From: a virus
Taxonomy: Duplodnaviria; Caudoviricetes
Length of the DNA stretch: 31,916 bases
Direction: 5' to 3' (one strand)
IMG/VR virus record: IMGVR_UViG_3300017589_000011
Coordinates: 1 to 31,916 of that record
Shown: piece by piece, positions 9,001 to 18,436 of the stretch
Numbering within the stretch: the stretch's first letter is position 1
Layout of the letters: every line of letters begins with the position of its first letter
Translations under genes and position numbers: made by a program
The notes under the pieces: generated by a model
Databases searched by the model: none
What the model was told of the DNA's origin: nothing
The model's input: the letters and a program-made list of their open reading frames with translations, nothing else

Positions 9001-9908
9001 TTTCTCGCCTCTTCGGTCAGCCTGTTTAGCTCGTCTCCGCCTGCTTTGATCATGGGGTTCATTTCCATAGCTGATTTGCCGAATAGCTGCATCGATAGAG
9101 CATCGCGTTCCGTTTCGTTGCCAACGCCGTTTAGTGCCGTAAACGCTTCACTCATGATCTGTTTTGAGTCTTTCAGCTGTCCGTTACTGTCCACTACAGA
9201 TATTTTGAGCGCTTCAAATGCATCCGCCTGTGCTCCAGTCCCGTCCTTTGCGGCGAACATGGACTTGGTGAGCTTCGCCTGTGCGCCCGTTATCGTGTCA
9301 AGTTCCACGCCAAGATTGTTCCCTGCGTATTGAAGTTCTTGTAGGCGCTCTGCTGTCAGCCCTGTTACATCGGCTTGACGCTGTAGCTCGTCAGCGTTTC
9401 CAAGCGCAGCGTTTGCCATTGCCGCAAAAGCTACACCAACAGCGGCGGCAGCAATTCCAGCGGCTTTGAGCCCAGTTTTGAGTTTGTCTTGTGCGGATGC
9501 AAGCTTGTCGGTTGACGCAACCATATTTTCCTGTGCTCTGTCGCCTTGTTCAATCGCAGTATTATTATCTCCGAGCTGCCGCTCCATCCTATTCAGGTCT
9601 GCCGTTGCGAGATTCACTGACTGTTGCCAACGATGCGTTCTCTCGTCGTTCTCGCCGTACTGTGCGGCAGATTCGGCGAGCTTTGTTTTTAATAGATCAA
9701 GCTTGCCACGCTGTTCGTCGATCTGTTTGTTTAGGACTTGGTTTTGCGCCGTCATTGCCGCTGCGGACTTATCGCCTTTTTCATACGCAGAGGTGACGGC
9801 TTTCATCTCCGTTCCCATTGTCTTCAAGTTCGTGTTGATGTCTTTGAGTGCGGCCTTGAATTCTTTTTCTCCTTCGAGACCAACAACAGCGCCTATGTCG
9901 TAACTCAT
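6009..9908 (-). CDS. Tail tape measure protein
   Basis: 1299 aa, Ala-rich and helical; N-terminal IGAVVGLEGEKEFK; C-terminal HSPS and LDGKIIA motifs. Confidence 0.95.
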   Translation of the reverse strand: MSYDIGAVVGLEGEKEFKAALKDINTNLKTMGTEMKAVTSAYEKGDKSAAAMTAQNQVLNKQIDEQRGKLDLLKTKLAESAAQYGENDERTHRWQQSVNLATADLNRMERQLGDNNTAIEQGDRAQENMVASTDKLASAQDKLKTGLKAAGIAAAAVGVAFAAMANAALGNADELQRQADVTGLTAERLQELQYAGNNLGVELDTITGAQAKLTKSMFAAKDGTGAQADAFEALKISVVDSNGQLKDSKQIMSEAFTALNGVGNETERDALSMQLFGKSAMEMNPMIKAGGDELNRLTEEARNSGAVMSNEAVSGLDTFGDTMDNLKNSVMGKFGESISKLSPKFTDFANDIKKIDFEVVEKNLKIFASIAAGAVTTLLALSAALAVKDLTNFATAAKAGAVAMEEYKAATKAGAIAQGALNLAQSLSPMGWLAVAVGAAATAFVVYQAMTNDSTTTTSALRDEVKELNTELDAQTTAQNDLAAARSSSLVDVNTEINQASAYVAELDGLTGANGKVVDGYKERAAYLAEQINTLIPGAVSASTDEANAYYKITDSIDAMMFAKKKEMLLAAWEVEYQDALKNRAAALDKVREAAETQTAAQTELDRLRIESLSAVGREEDVYTTKIIEAQRVLDASKATTDEANSSLGNYSTTINGFNTAQAAQNMDQLNSAIAGFSNTVVKSTGDNRAALEQSVVDAKTNLDILVGATGKAWAGMTEVEQREAKNQVSEQKTLLDQQIVEAKRGGVQLPENFGQGVTEGSPVFSGAMNGMFENGKKTVVSAGVALVDVGYGYTLLFNQGVDAGTPGVKTAGAVMAQSAADGAASKTSGASEIGANYAKGFIGGMTTRDILNLTWNAGWKLGDTASKATAKAGEVQSPSKVMKRIGSFFAEGFGLGITDGITFARKASVKLADAITAETNNLNKQLADMEAKDRADQAEKDLAAHKKSIADKYDELGKAEKKDKQKVLDEISKLQADWDGKQVIAEKTAAKLALTEKIATLAEFKKGYDSALSSLEAKQQTMAGKLSDYGKLFESVKGTDGKDLLQLGDLQGDIDKITLYGDALGKLKDKGISDSLMGEITSMNIDDALSYTKLLLEKTPAEYDKYMKLWEEKQTAAAEVAKKFFSDEFTQLKTEFVDKVPTELSGLKTEMEGIGKNSAIGLADGFWSKKSYIISTFKTVLETALQEAKEAMEIHSPSRKWAEVGKFMAEGLGVGFAGQMDSVSRKINSSIPTNVEAQYTPRMAVADTINGIGAMSALGGQASTQTIILQTVLDGKIIAQSVFDPLKNISRQRGVSLA

Positions 9909-9936
9909 ATTATTCCTCCTTCCTCTTTAAATCGGA

Positions 9937-10136
9937 TCACATGTATTCTGGTATCAGGTCGTTAATTGTTTCTTGTTCCTTGTATGTTCCGTTAAACTTT
10001 TGGTAATCCTCCCACAGGCAAATAAACTTCCGTAGCGTCATGCGCAATATCTCACGCTCTGTATACCCCATAGCGCGACCTTTGGTTATGCAGCGAACAA
10101 TAGGAAACGGCTCTACTGTTCGCTCTTCGTAGGGTC
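9937..10136 (-). CDS. Frameshifted C-terminal extension of the tail assembly chaperone (gpT-like, -1 frame)
   Basis: Open -1 frame ...EPFPIVRCITKGRAMGYTEREILRMTLRKFICLWEDY...PEYM* fills the gap between chaperone and tape measure; no clear RBS of its own. Confidence 0.7.
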
Positions 10137-10484
10137 TGCGTCGTCGCCCTCATCGTCTGCGTCTGGGATACTGCCCGTTAACGCTTCGAAGATGCTCCCC
10201 GTCATCAGAGCGATGTCAGATGCCGCGATCTTTCTGCCAACGAAAGCCTCTGTAACGTGCGGTTCTCCGCTCTCGGAATCATCTATGGCCTCGTTGACAA
10301 GGATGGTAACAATTACCTTAATAGCCTTATATACTTTTCTTTCGCTTGACATCAGCTCGTCAAATTCGGAAATTGGAATGTCGAAACGATCTTGAATCTC
10401 GTCGATGGCGTTAAGATTAAACAGCATCCCGTATTCCTTGCCGCCGAGATTGATTTTTGTATGTTTAGGTTTTAAGTCGCTCAT
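10113..10484 (-). CDS. Tail assembly chaperone (gpG-like)
   Basis: Between major tail and tape measure genes; INLGGKEY..FNLNAIDEIQD motif; acidic C-terminus. Confidence 0.85.
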   Translation of the reverse strand: MSDLKPKHTKINLGGKEYGMLFNLNAIDEIQDRFDIPISEFDELMSSERKVYKAIKVIVTILVNEAIDDSESGEPHVTEAFVGRKIAASDIALMTGSIFEALTGSIPDADDEGDDADPTKSEQ

Positions 10485-10503
10485 ATTTTCCTCCTACAAG
10501 ATA

Positions 10504-10529
10504 TGGGGCGAGGGTCTCCCCTCGCCCCA
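10504..10529 (-). terminator. GC-rich hairpin after major tail gene (weak terminator or mRNA stabiliser)
   Basis: TGGGGCGAGGG-GAGA-CCCTCGCCCCA, perfect 11-bp stem with GNRA loop and poor U-tract. Confidence 0.65.
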
Positions 10530-10535
10530 ATAAAA

Positions 10536-11375
10536 TTAAACCGTCTTTACAACCACGATTTCGGTTGTCTGAGATTCTTTACCGTTCTCGTACGCAACAA
10601 GCTTGATCTTCTTTGTTCCGATTGCAGCCATTGCAACAGCATTTGAGGCAGACCCGCTTGTTAGCTTCTGCGTGAACACGTCATTTACGTACATCTCGAT
10701 TACGTGGTTTGCGGCCGTGGCAGTAACAGTGAAGTTTGTGCCAGTCAAGCCACCAAACGTGTAGTAACGCACCGCAGCTCCGAACGCGGGAGATATCGTT
10801 CCTCCTGTTCCAGTAAGAACAAGAGCGGACAAACCAGTTGACGGAGTGCTAGAAATTCCAACCTTACCATTAAGCCATGCAATAGCATCCGCTTCTAGGC
10901 TGAACTCCTCGACGAAAATCCAGTCGTTGTCATCGTCCGTCATGATCGTTCCTTCTAGGACAGGCGTTTTGTATTCAACCGTTTTCTGCTTTGTCGCCAT
11001 TTCGTCTGCTGGCTCACCGAACTGCACTTTTGGGTAAAAGATCGCTACGAACTTTCCGCCTGTTTTAGCGCCGTAGTAACCAACGCCAACGTAGGGCGCA
11101 TCGTCCGCTACGTTGCCGGAGAAGCCACCAGCAGTAGTTGCGTGCCCAAGCAGTTTTGCACGCGTTGCTAGTGTCATTCCAAACACTCCAACGGTAAGCT
11201 TGCCAGATACAAACGATTTGTCCGTTTCTTTTACAACGTCATCCGCTCTTAATTCTGCGTCAGAATATTCGTATGTAGCGCCAGCTGTCATTGCATTTCC
11301 GAGAACTGCTCCATCCGTGTATGCGCTGTTTGCATAAACCCCGAATACCGGATATTTTAAACCTTTTGTCGCCAT
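10536..11375 (-). CDS. Major tail protein with C-terminal cadherin-like/Ig domain
   Basis: GLKYP...LRADD...APYVGVGY...FYPKVQF major-tail motifs; C-terminal LSAL...ISPAF...YY beta-sandwich. Confidence 0.9.
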   Translation of the reverse strand: MATKGLKYPVFGVYANSAYTDGAVLGNAMTAGATYEYSDAELRADDVVKETDKSFVSGKLTVGVFGMTLATRAKLLGHATTAGGFSGNVADDAPYVGVGYYGAKTGGKFVAIFYPKVQFGEPADEMATKQKTVEYKTPVLEGTIMTDDDNDWIFVEEFSLEADAIAWLNGKVGISSTPSTGLSALVLTGTGGTISPAFGAAVRYYTFGGLTGTNFTVTATAANHVIEMYVNDVFTQKLTSGSASNAVAMAAIGTKKIKLVAYENGKESQTTEIVVVKTV

Positions 11376-11379
11376 ATAA

Positions 11380-11802
11380 TTATCCTCCTGTTATTTTCCT
11401 AATTTCTTCGTCTATGACTTCTGCCATAGCGGCCTGTGCTTTTTTCTTCGTTGCGTTTACAGCGGGACGAACAAACGGGTGTTTGTGCTGCTTGCTTGTT
11501 CCGCTTTCTATAGCCCTTGCTTTTATTTGATTCGGCGTGCCGTTCGCGTCATAGCCATCAAAGCCGATCTTTGCATTCCAATTTCCGTCATCATCTTGCG
11601 TGATCGGAGTAACGCCAAACGATGCCACAAGATCACCTGTTGCCTCCGACGAAAGAATGCCTTGCAAATTATCCTTGATCTTGTCTGCCACGATGTTTGC
11701 CGCCGCGTAGATTGCCTTTTTAGCGATCTCGTCAGAGCCAGCAGAGAGGCGAGACAGTTTCAAGGCGTAATCATCGCCAGCTTTAAATGCCATTCTAGCC
11801 AT
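11380..11802 (-). CDS. HK97 gp10-like tail completion protein
   Basis: TGDLVAS...AIESGTSKQHKHPFVRPA motif; start MARMAF after GAGGTGG. Confidence 0.88.
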   Translation of the reverse strand: MARMAFKAGDDYALKLSRLSAGSDEIAKKAIYAAANIVADKIKDNLQGILSSEATGDLVASFGVTPITQDDDGNWNAKIGFDGYDANGTPNQIKARAIESGTSKQHKHPFVRPAVNATKKKAQAAMAEVIDEEIRKITGG

Positions 11803-12121
11803 AGCTTTCCACCTCGAAGAGCCATTCATAATGGATGTACCCAGTGTCATCCTCATACTGGATCGAATTGAGCCGCCATGAAAATCCAGTGTTTAGCGCG
11901 TCTTGAATTTTCTGCACGTTCGGGTCAAATTCCGTCTTTGTGAAATAGTCCACCGTTCCCTGAATTGATTGCTCTTGCATCTCCCCGTCTGCCCACACAG
12001 AGTCGGATTGGTTTTCCTCTGCCCACACAATGTATGAGCCTGTCACGGTCTGTGGTGGTGTGTAGTGATACACCTTCGCTGTGACAGTCAGCAATGCAGT
12101 TTTTACATCAGTCAGTATCAT
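11795..12121 (-). CDS. Putative tail terminator protein
   Basis: YIVWAE...VDYFTK...YEDDTGYIHY motif; neck position. Confidence 0.7.
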   Translation of the reverse strand: MILTDVKTALLTVTAKVYHYTPPQTVTGSYIVWAEENQSDSVWADGEMQEQSIQGTVDYFTKTEFDPNVQKIQDALNTGFSWRLNSIQYEDDTGYIHYEWLFEVESYG

Positions 12122-12470
12122 CCTGCACCAACCTTTCAAGCGACAAGTCCGTGATTTGTTCGCCGTTATCATCGTCAATTCCGTGGTAGGCCCTGACTAC
12201 GTTGTACTTTGGCGCATCGTCAGGAGGCGGTAAGGCGGTAGACAAAACCGCAACATCGTGATTAGTGACGTTGCGGTTTTGCACTACCCTGATTTTGTTT
12301 GATACAACAACGCCCTCTTGCGCGCCAATGTTTACGGGGGCGGTTTCAAAGTTCAACTCGCCATACCATGACTGATATTTCAGCTCCAGTCCTTCTTCGA
12401 CTGGCATATCACCAGGAGCGGCAACGTTGCTAACCTCGTAGATACTGCAATACCCTTTATCAAGAATCAT
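12108..12470 (-). CDS. Head-tail adaptor/stopper
   Basis: Neck position; MILDKG...ITDLSLERL. Confidence 0.7.
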   Translation of the reverse strand: MILDKGYCSIYEVSNVAAPGDMPVEEGLELKYQSWYGELNFETAPVNIGAQEGVVVSNKIRVVQNRNVTNHDVAVLSTALPPPDDAPKYNVVRAYHGIDDDNGEQITDLSLERLVQDDTD

Positions 12471-12753
12471 CCACAACCACCCGCTCTCTAAGCCAGCGCT
12501 CGCGCCGGGCTCGCCGCAACCACTCAGGCATGCCGCTCGGGTTATCGCGGTTGCTGTATTGCCATACAACCACATCAGCAAGCAACACGGTATCCCTCAC
12601 ATCGTCAATCGTGAGCTTTATACCGTTCCCGGTTAACTCTCCGTCAGCCGCGGCTATTCTCGCCTTCAGGTATTCGTCCAAGGAGGTGTCAGAGGCTAGG
12701 CGGTTAAGCCTAGCCTTGACAATCCCCAGCACAGTAGATTCCGTGTATGCCAT
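12460..12753 (-). CDS. Head-tail connector (gp6-like)
   Basis: VKARL...DEYLKARIAAA...MPEWLR; follows capsid. Confidence 0.8.
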   Translation of the reverse strand: MAYTESTVLGIVKARLNRLASDTSLDEYLKARIAAADGELTGNGIKLTIDDVRDTVLLADVVVWQYSNRDNPSGMPEWLRRARRERWLRERVVVDDS

Positions 12754-12756
12754 AAC

Positions 12757-14451
12757 TTATGCCTTGGGTACAGCGATAACCTTGCCAGACTTAATAACTT
12801 TGCTGTTTCCGTCCAACTCGACCACAGTAATCATCTTGCCAGCGGTGGCAGTGATCTGGGTAGTACCGGAAGTCAACGCGGTGTATCCAGTTACGGTCTG
12901 GCCAGTGGTCACGGTCAGGTCGCCGATCTTATACTTAAGCGTGGTGCCAGAGGATTCAGCGCCAGTAACTGTCAGAACGGTATCGCCGGATGCAGTGCCA
13001 GCCGCGGCGGTCACGCCAAGAACGCCCAACTCTGTGTTGGCATAGTCCTCGGGGAAGGTGCTGGTGGTGACAGCATCGGTGTTGTCGAAGGAAACGGCCA
13101 CAAAAGCCTCGCCGAATACGGGCATGCCGTCGTAGCGAGCATAGCCGCGGAATCCGGTCAGCATTTCCTTGAACTTAGCGTGCTCAGAGCTGTCAACCTT
13201 TGCCCCTGCACGCTCTGCCAACATGTACACAGAGCCGTAGCCACCGACAATCTCGTTGTCACCAACCATCTCCAGCTCCTCGATGTTTCCGCCAATAATA
13301 GGCATCTGGTTGTTTACGCCCGCAACGAGAGCAGCGGCAGCGTCGAAGGCCAACGCCTTTGTCATCAGCTTGATGTGCGTCTTGCGATTCATCGCCCAGA
13401 ACGCCTGGCCGTTTGAATAGTTTGGCTTGGCCACGCCTAAAGCGGCAATCAGCGAGGCGTAGAAAGCTGCCCCGGTGCTTCCGTCAATGTTCAGCTTCAA
13501 CACGTTGCTGGAGTGCAAGTCAGTCCATGCGGGTGCATAAGTGCCCCAAGTAGACGGCGCAGAGGTCTGTGCCAGTCTGGTCATGATTCCAACAGGCGTT
13601 TTGGTTCCAGGGCCATACAGGATGCCGCGATCAACGCCTTTGCCGATAGCCTGGCCAAGCTGTGTCATAACCTCAGCTCCAAGAGCCATGTCGCTGTCTT
13701 CGAGCAAAGTGTTTGGCACCCAGATGATTCCGCCGACCATGTACCCATCAACCTCAATCTGATTAAACGCCATGTCCAGCTCGTTGAGTGCGCCAGCGGC
13801 CTCCATCCAGACACCCTCAGGCACTGCGCCGATGATGTTCTGGCGTGCGGTGCCGCCCACCTTCTTGACATTTACGTACTTGACAAGTTTGGAATACTGC
13901 TCCATGTTGTCACGCAGAACTTCCATCATAATGTCAGGGATGGTCAGGCCGCCGTTGGTAACGCCGCGAGTCTTGATGGAGCGGACCTCGTTGATAAAGC
14001 CCTTCACTTCATCGCGGGCAAAAAAGGTGCTGCGCTCCTCCTTGTTCATACCGAAAAACTTCACTCTGGTTTCCATTGTATTGATTCCCTTCCTTTCGTC
14101 TTTGCGGGCCTCTGCGGGAGGCGTGGCCCCTTTCTTGTTGATTTGGTCCAGTTCGTCGGACAGTTTCTGAATCTCTGCTTCTAGGGCAGTCTTTGCTCCG
14201 TCGTTCTCTGTCTGCTCGCCACTAAGCGCTTCTGTGTCTGCGTCGAACGCCGCCACAGCTTCATCCACAACAGCCTTTTCCTCGTCTGTGGTGTCTGCTG
14301 TGACTTCGTTTACCGCAACTTCCAGCTCTGCCTCGCGGGTTTTCAACTCCGCCTTGCGGGTTTCAAAATCAGCATCCTTGGTCCGAAGAGCTTCCAACTT
14401 GCTCCTGATGCCTTCGATCTGCTTGGTAAGTACCAATTGTTTTAGTGCCAC
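12757..14451 (-). CDS. HK97-fold major capsid protein with N-terminal coiled-coil delta domain and C-terminal Ig-like domain
   Basis: GGLTIP, VWMEA, AIGKGVDRGILYGPG, GYARYDG motifs; GTG start overlapping the protease end. Confidence 0.93.
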   Translation of the reverse strand: MALKQLVLTKQIEGIRSKLEALRTKDADFETRKAELKTREAELEVAVNEVTADTTDEEKAVVDEAVAAFDADTEALSGEQTENDGAKTALEAEIQKLSDELDQINKKGATPPAEARKDERKGINTMETRVKFFGMNKEERSTFFARDEVKGFINEVRSIKTRGVTNGGLTIPDIMMEVLRDNMEQYSKLVKYVNVKKVGGTARQNIIGAVPEGVWMEAAGALNELDMAFNQIEVDGYMVGGIIWVPNTLLEDSDMALGAEVMTQLGQAIGKGVDRGILYGPGTKTPVGIMTRLAQTSAPSTWGTYAPAWTDLHSSNVLKLNIDGSTGAAFYASLIAALGVAKPNYSNGQAFWAMNRKTHIKLMTKALAFDAAAALVAGVNNQMPIIGGNIEELEMVGDNEIVGGYGSVYMLAERAGAKVDSSEHAKFKEMLTGFRGYARYDGMPVFGEAFVAVSFDNTDAVTTSTFPEDYANTELGVLGVTAAAGTASGDTVLTVTGAESSGTTLKYKIGDLTVTTGQTVTGYTALTSGTTQITATAGKMITVVELDGNSKVIKSGKVIAVPKA

Positions 14452-15020
14452 TTTGCTAACCTCTCTTTCGTTCTTAATTTCCACTCCTGCGTCTTGCGTT
14501 CTTGGATCAGCTTAAAATCCTTTTTTCTCGCGGATACCGAGGTGTCCTCGTATGCGGGGAAGGTGACGACAGAAACCTCATATAACTTGACCTTTTTGAT
14601 TGTCCAGTGGACGGTACCATCGTCGTTGTACTGCGTCTCCTCATCCAGGATTTCAAATCCAAAGGAACACTGGTTTACATCTCCGCGCTGCACTCTTGCA
14701 TACAGATTCATCGCGTCTTGGTCTGCCTCGTTTATTTCGATGCGACCCCATAGTCCACGACTGTCAACCTTCAGTTCGAGCGTACCGGCTTTGTTGCGTC
14801 CAAGGACAAGTCTTGTCTCGTGGTCAATCAGTGCCCGCACATCGTCAGTCAGTGCACCGTCAAAAGCCGCCGGATCTACACTTTCTGTCGCCCCTGGCCA
14901 AAGTTCGTACATGCCGCCGAACACCGAAAAATAACCTTCGATATACTTTTTGCCGTCTGTCTCAGCCGCCCTAAACTCTGTTGCCTGACTTCGCATCTGC
15001 CTGTTCGTTCGATCACTCAC
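14442..15020 (-). CDS. HK97-family prohead protease
   Basis: IEGYFSVF, ALIDH, GDVNQCSFGF, LYEVSVVTFPAY motifs. Confidence 0.93.
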   Translation of the reverse strand: MSDRTNRQMRSQATEFRAAETDGKKYIEGYFSVFGGMYELWPGATESVDPAAFDGALTDDVRALIDHETRLVLGRNKAGTLELKVDSRGLWGRIEINEADQDAMNLYARVQRGDVNQCSFGFEILDEETQYNDDGTVHWTIKKVKLYEVSVVTFPAYEDTSVSARKKDFKLIQERKTQEWKLRTKERLAKWH

Positions 15021-16206
15021 CACTATCACCTCCGATCAGTTTCTTTTGGTCGCCAATTCTCCCGGCCGGCAAGTAGTTTTCAAGGATGAGCAACTCCTCC
15101 ATGTCTGGATCTGGCGTCATCCCTACCCACGATCTCCACTCGTTGCGCCTCATTGCCGCGCAATCTACCATTTCTTTTCCGATTTCCTTCACTTCTGTGA
15201 GGGAATAGCTGTACAAACTGCGAGGATTAAGCCACCAGTACAAATCAGGAGAAAGCAGAAGGCAGCGGGTAAGCTCCTGCTGGATCACCTGAGACATGGA
15301 TAGAATCTTTGTCCCGACGAAGTTGTTGTACTCCTCCTTGTTGAATTCTCCGACACCAACTAAAAAAGGCGGCACGCCGAAGATTCCAGCAACCGTCCTT
15401 TTGTCGAGTTCGAGATTTACTTTTAATGCAAGGTCATTGAGTGTCAACGGCTTGATCTGCTGCACATCAAACGTCTCTGCCGGGATAAACCATGGCCTAC
15501 CATTTTCCGAAGAATCAAGATACTGTTTCCCAAGTGTCTTCCTACCCTCAAGGCTTGCAAATTCCTCCGTCAGTCCGTCTACCTTCACGATGATGGATGG
15601 CGAAGGACTCTCTAACAGCGCTTGCTTTGTCGCTCCAGCCTGTTTGATCCCTTTGATAATGTCCCGCAACACCGCCCTATAACCGGTGCCGATCCACGGG
15701 CGCTCTGGGTCTGGGTTAATAACGAAATGCAGCACCTCATCTGGTGCGAACGTTTTGTCTCCGTATCGGATGATGTATCCGTCTGGAGTGTCTTGGAACT
15801 GTACCCTGGAAGGTTTCATCGGTACCAAGTCCTCAAGCAGTCCATCAGCAGAATACCGCGGATATGTCACCTGGTTCCCGTCGCCCGGGAGCATCAGCGT
15901 CCAGACGGTGTTGTAGATAAACGCCTTCCGCGTTTTCATCATGCGATTTGGCCCAACGTCTATCTTCTTAGAAAGCGTGTTTTTTACTCGCACATCTCCT
16001 TTGTCGGTGTTCTGCATGAGATAGATTGTCATGTTGGAGATTAGGTCCGCGTAAGCGTGTACGCACATTTTTACTTCCGGGCAATCCGACAGGCGAGTAT
16101 AGCTTCCTGTGGTCAAGACGTTGAATGCCTCAGGGGAACAAAGCCACGAGGTGCTTCTTACTTCGGGGGCATCCCGGCTCTGCGGGGATCGTTTCTTTTT
16201 ATTCAT
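15013..16206 (-). CDS. HK97-family portal protein
   Basis: DEVLHF, VAGIFGVPPFLVG, NEWR motifs; follows terminase. Confidence 0.93.
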   Translation of the reverse strand: MNKKKRSPQSRDAPEVRSTSWLCSPEAFNVLTTGSYTRLSDCPEVKMCVHAYADLISNMTIYLMQNTDKGDVRVKNTLSKKIDVGPNRMMKTRKAFIYNTVWTLMLPGDGNQVTYPRYSADGLLEDLVPMKPSRVQFQDTPDGYIIRYGDKTFAPDEVLHFVINPDPERPWIGTGYRAVLRDIIKGIKQAGATKQALLESPSPSIIVKVDGLTEEFASLEGRKTLGKQYLDSSENGRPWFIPAETFDVQQIKPLTLNDLALKVNLELDKRTVAGIFGVPPFLVGVGEFNKEEYNNFVGTKILSMSQVIQQELTRCLLLSPDLYWWLNPRSLYSYSLTEVKEIGKEMVDCAAMRRNEWRSWVGMTPDPDMEELLILENYLPAGRIGDQKKLIGGDSGE

Positions 16207-16210
16207 TCAA

Positions 16211-17980
16211 TCACTCCATCCATTTTTTAGCGTTGCCGGACTTTTCAAGGTTTTCAAGCATCCGGCAGCTTGCGAATACCGACGAGTCAAAAACGTCAAT
16301 GCGGTGTTCGGGCTCAACCTTTTCGTACTGAATCATATCGTCTGTCTTTTCGATTGCCCGAACGTTTGAAACACAATACTCAAACGGCTCTGCGCCGAGA
16401 TAGCAAAGCATACCGTCTTTTGCTTTTACTTCGATTCTTCGGAAACCCTCTGACTTTCGCCAGAAATATTGCGGCTGGTCGATTATTGAGAAGCCGGCTT
16501 GCTTCATGCCAATAAAATACTCTCGGCAAAATTTACGGTCATGGCCTACTTGAAATATTTTGAACCCTGTCGACTTCATTTTCTTAAACCAGTTGATGAC
16601 TTCGGCGTGATTAACCGTGGGGTTATTGGACATATCAAGCCAGCCGTCATCTTTCCACCCGAATAACGGAATGTTATCTTCGTCGGCCTTTTGATAGGCA
16701 GCGACGATTGGAAACCAACAATGTGGGACGATGATGTCCATATCCTTGTAAGTGCCATAAAGCGAAGATGCCGTTAGATCGTGAAGCTTTGATAAGTCGG
16801 AGCCGCCGAACCATTTGATAGGCAGCTTTGCAATAACGGCAATCTTTTCTTGGGGAGATAGCCCCGTTATACCTAAGCGTTCTTCACACTTCTTGTTTGA
16901 TACTTGGAACTCATTCAGATTGAAATATGCTTTCAACGCCGAGGTGTAAATATTCAGAGACTTTGCGAAAAAGTCTTTTCTCTGTTGCGGGTCATTCTGC
17001 GCTTGCATCGCGTCGTTCATAATGTCGGCGGGTCTGATGGTTACGCCATAGGATGGATTGGCTTTTTCGTGCTCAATTGAATTTGTGTAATCGACGTTGC
17101 CGTCCTCGTCCTCGTCTGCTTTGCAGATAAAAACAAAATAGGCGTCGTCAGTGACGAGCCCATTAAGAATCTTCTGGCAATATTTAAGTCGTTGGTAACA
17201 AAAGGAGGTTGTGTCATCTCCGGCCGTCGTAATGCCAATGACTAATTTATTGGTGTATGCCTTGGTAGCTTCCTTGAGGATGTTGTATTGCTTCGGCGAT
17301 TTGTAGGCGTGGATTTCATCGGCGATAATGATGTTTGCATTGAACGAGTCTTGAGAGTCAGGGTTCCCGGCAAGAGCTTCGAGATGTAAGGACCCGCCGT
17401 CTAAATCGTTATTGGATATGCTGTGTTCCATGTTGTTGTCAAGAATTCTCCACCCGTCCGATTGAGCAGTTGCTTTGTCGGGGTATAAAACCGAGTTGAG
17501 GTTATAGTCCCAATTTTCGTATGACTTCATGGCTTCTTTTAAGACTGCGCCAACAACATAAACCGTAGACCCGCTCATTCGTTCGAGAATCCCCAGCGCC
17601 CAGGCGATAGCAGAAACGAAAATTGTTTTGCCGTTTTTTCTTGGGACAAAGACAAAAGCTTCTTTGACTCGGCGCTCAATTGTTCCGGGTATGTAAAAAA
17701 TCAAGATCCCGTAAACCACGAATTTTTCCCACGGCTCAAGAAGTAAAGGCTTTCCCCTTAACGGAGTACCGTCGAGGGTTTGTCCTTGCCGGTGCCGGAA
17801 CGTCTTCTCAATGATTCCAATTACAAAGTCGGCGTCTTTTGTGCGGATCTCCCACTTCCCAGAATTGACATCGTTCAAAAATCTGTTGCATCCTTTTATT
17901 CTGTCAGACCCAGCAACTATCTCTCCGCTTACTACGCCTTCCACATACTCCATAACCTCCGCAGCGCACTTCCCTATCAT
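16211..17980 (-). CDS. terL: Terminase large subunit
   Basis: Walker A VPRKNGKT, Walker B IIIADEIH, coupling ITTAG, nuclease GSDLS...DLTA and RID. Confidence 0.96.
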   Translation of the reverse strand: MIGKCAAEVMEYVEGVVSGEIVAGSDRIKGCNRFLNDVNSGKWEIRTKDADFVIGIIEKTFRHRQGQTLDGTPLRGKPLLLEPWEKFVVYGILIFYIPGTIERRVKEAFVFVPRKNGKTIFVSAIAWALGILERMSGSTVYVVGAVLKEAMKSYENWDYNLNSVLYPDKATAQSDGWRILDNNMEHSISNNDLDGGSLHLEALAGNPDSQDSFNANIIIADEIHAYKSPKQYNILKEATKAYTNKLVIGITTAGDDTTSFCYQRLKYCQKILNGLVTDDAYFVFICKADEDEDGNVDYTNSIEHEKANPSYGVTIRPADIMNDAMQAQNDPQQRKDFFAKSLNIYTSALKAYFNLNEFQVSNKKCEERLGITGLSPQEKIAVIAKLPIKWFGGSDLSKLHDLTASSLYGTYKDMDIIVPHCWFPIVAAYQKADEDNIPLFGWKDDGWLDMSNNPTVNHAEVINWFKKMKSTGFKIFQVGHDRKFCREYFIGMKQAGFSIIDQPQYFWRKSEGFRRIEVKAKDGMLCYLGAEPFEYCVSNVRAIEKTDDMIQYEKVEPEHRIDVFDSSVFASCRMLENLEKSGNAKKWME

Positions 17981-18330
17981 TCCGTCTGCGCTGCCTTTAA
18001 TGCCTGCGCGAACGCGCTGACCTTTTTTTTGCGAAATGCGGATTCGTCGGTTTTTAGCAGACCTTGCGGAGTTAGCCCGAGTTGTGTGGCATAGGATAAA
18101 ATATCCTTGCGGAGAGATTCGAGCGTGGTAACAATCGGGGCCTTTTTAGAACCTTGCATCGTTTCTTCTGAGTACTCATATCCGGAATCTTTGAACTGTT
18201 TTGTCAGCACTTCGTACTGATCGCGCAGCTGAGAATAAATTTCAATAAGCGGCTCAAATTCCGGCTTATAAGTACCGAGTTTTTTCATGTCCTCGCGTGC
18301 GCGGTTTATTTGTAATTTTTTTCGAGACAC
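17977..18330 (-). CDS. terS: Terminase small subunit (P27 family)
   Basis: LGLTP motif; directly upstream of terL. Confidence 0.9.
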   Translation of the reverse strand: MSRKKLQINRAREDMKKLGTYKPEFEPLIEIYSQLRDQYEVLTKQFKDSGYEYSEETMQGSKKAPIVTTLESLRKDILSYATQLGLTPQGLLKTDESAFRKKKVSAFAQALKAAQTE

Positions 18331-18367
18331 ACCTATTTTTCCCCTTTCATAAAATTTTCACGATATC

Positions 18368-18400
18368 GCTGGAGAGGGAAAGACTTACCCTACCCAGTTA
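18368..18400. other. Candidate cos region
   Basis: Intergenic between HNH and terS, with G-rich TGGGTAGGGTAAGTCTTTCCCTCTCC downstream of a C run, the usual location in HNH/P27 cos phages; exact cut not determinable. Confidence 0.4.
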
Positions 18401-18436
18401 TGAGGTATTATATTTTCACCGTCAGCGGTGGGGGGG

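Noticed and set aside
3745-18094. Many plus-strand ORFs in the track across the structural region
   Set aside because: Antisense shadows of well-supported minus-strand genes, with no RBS or motifs
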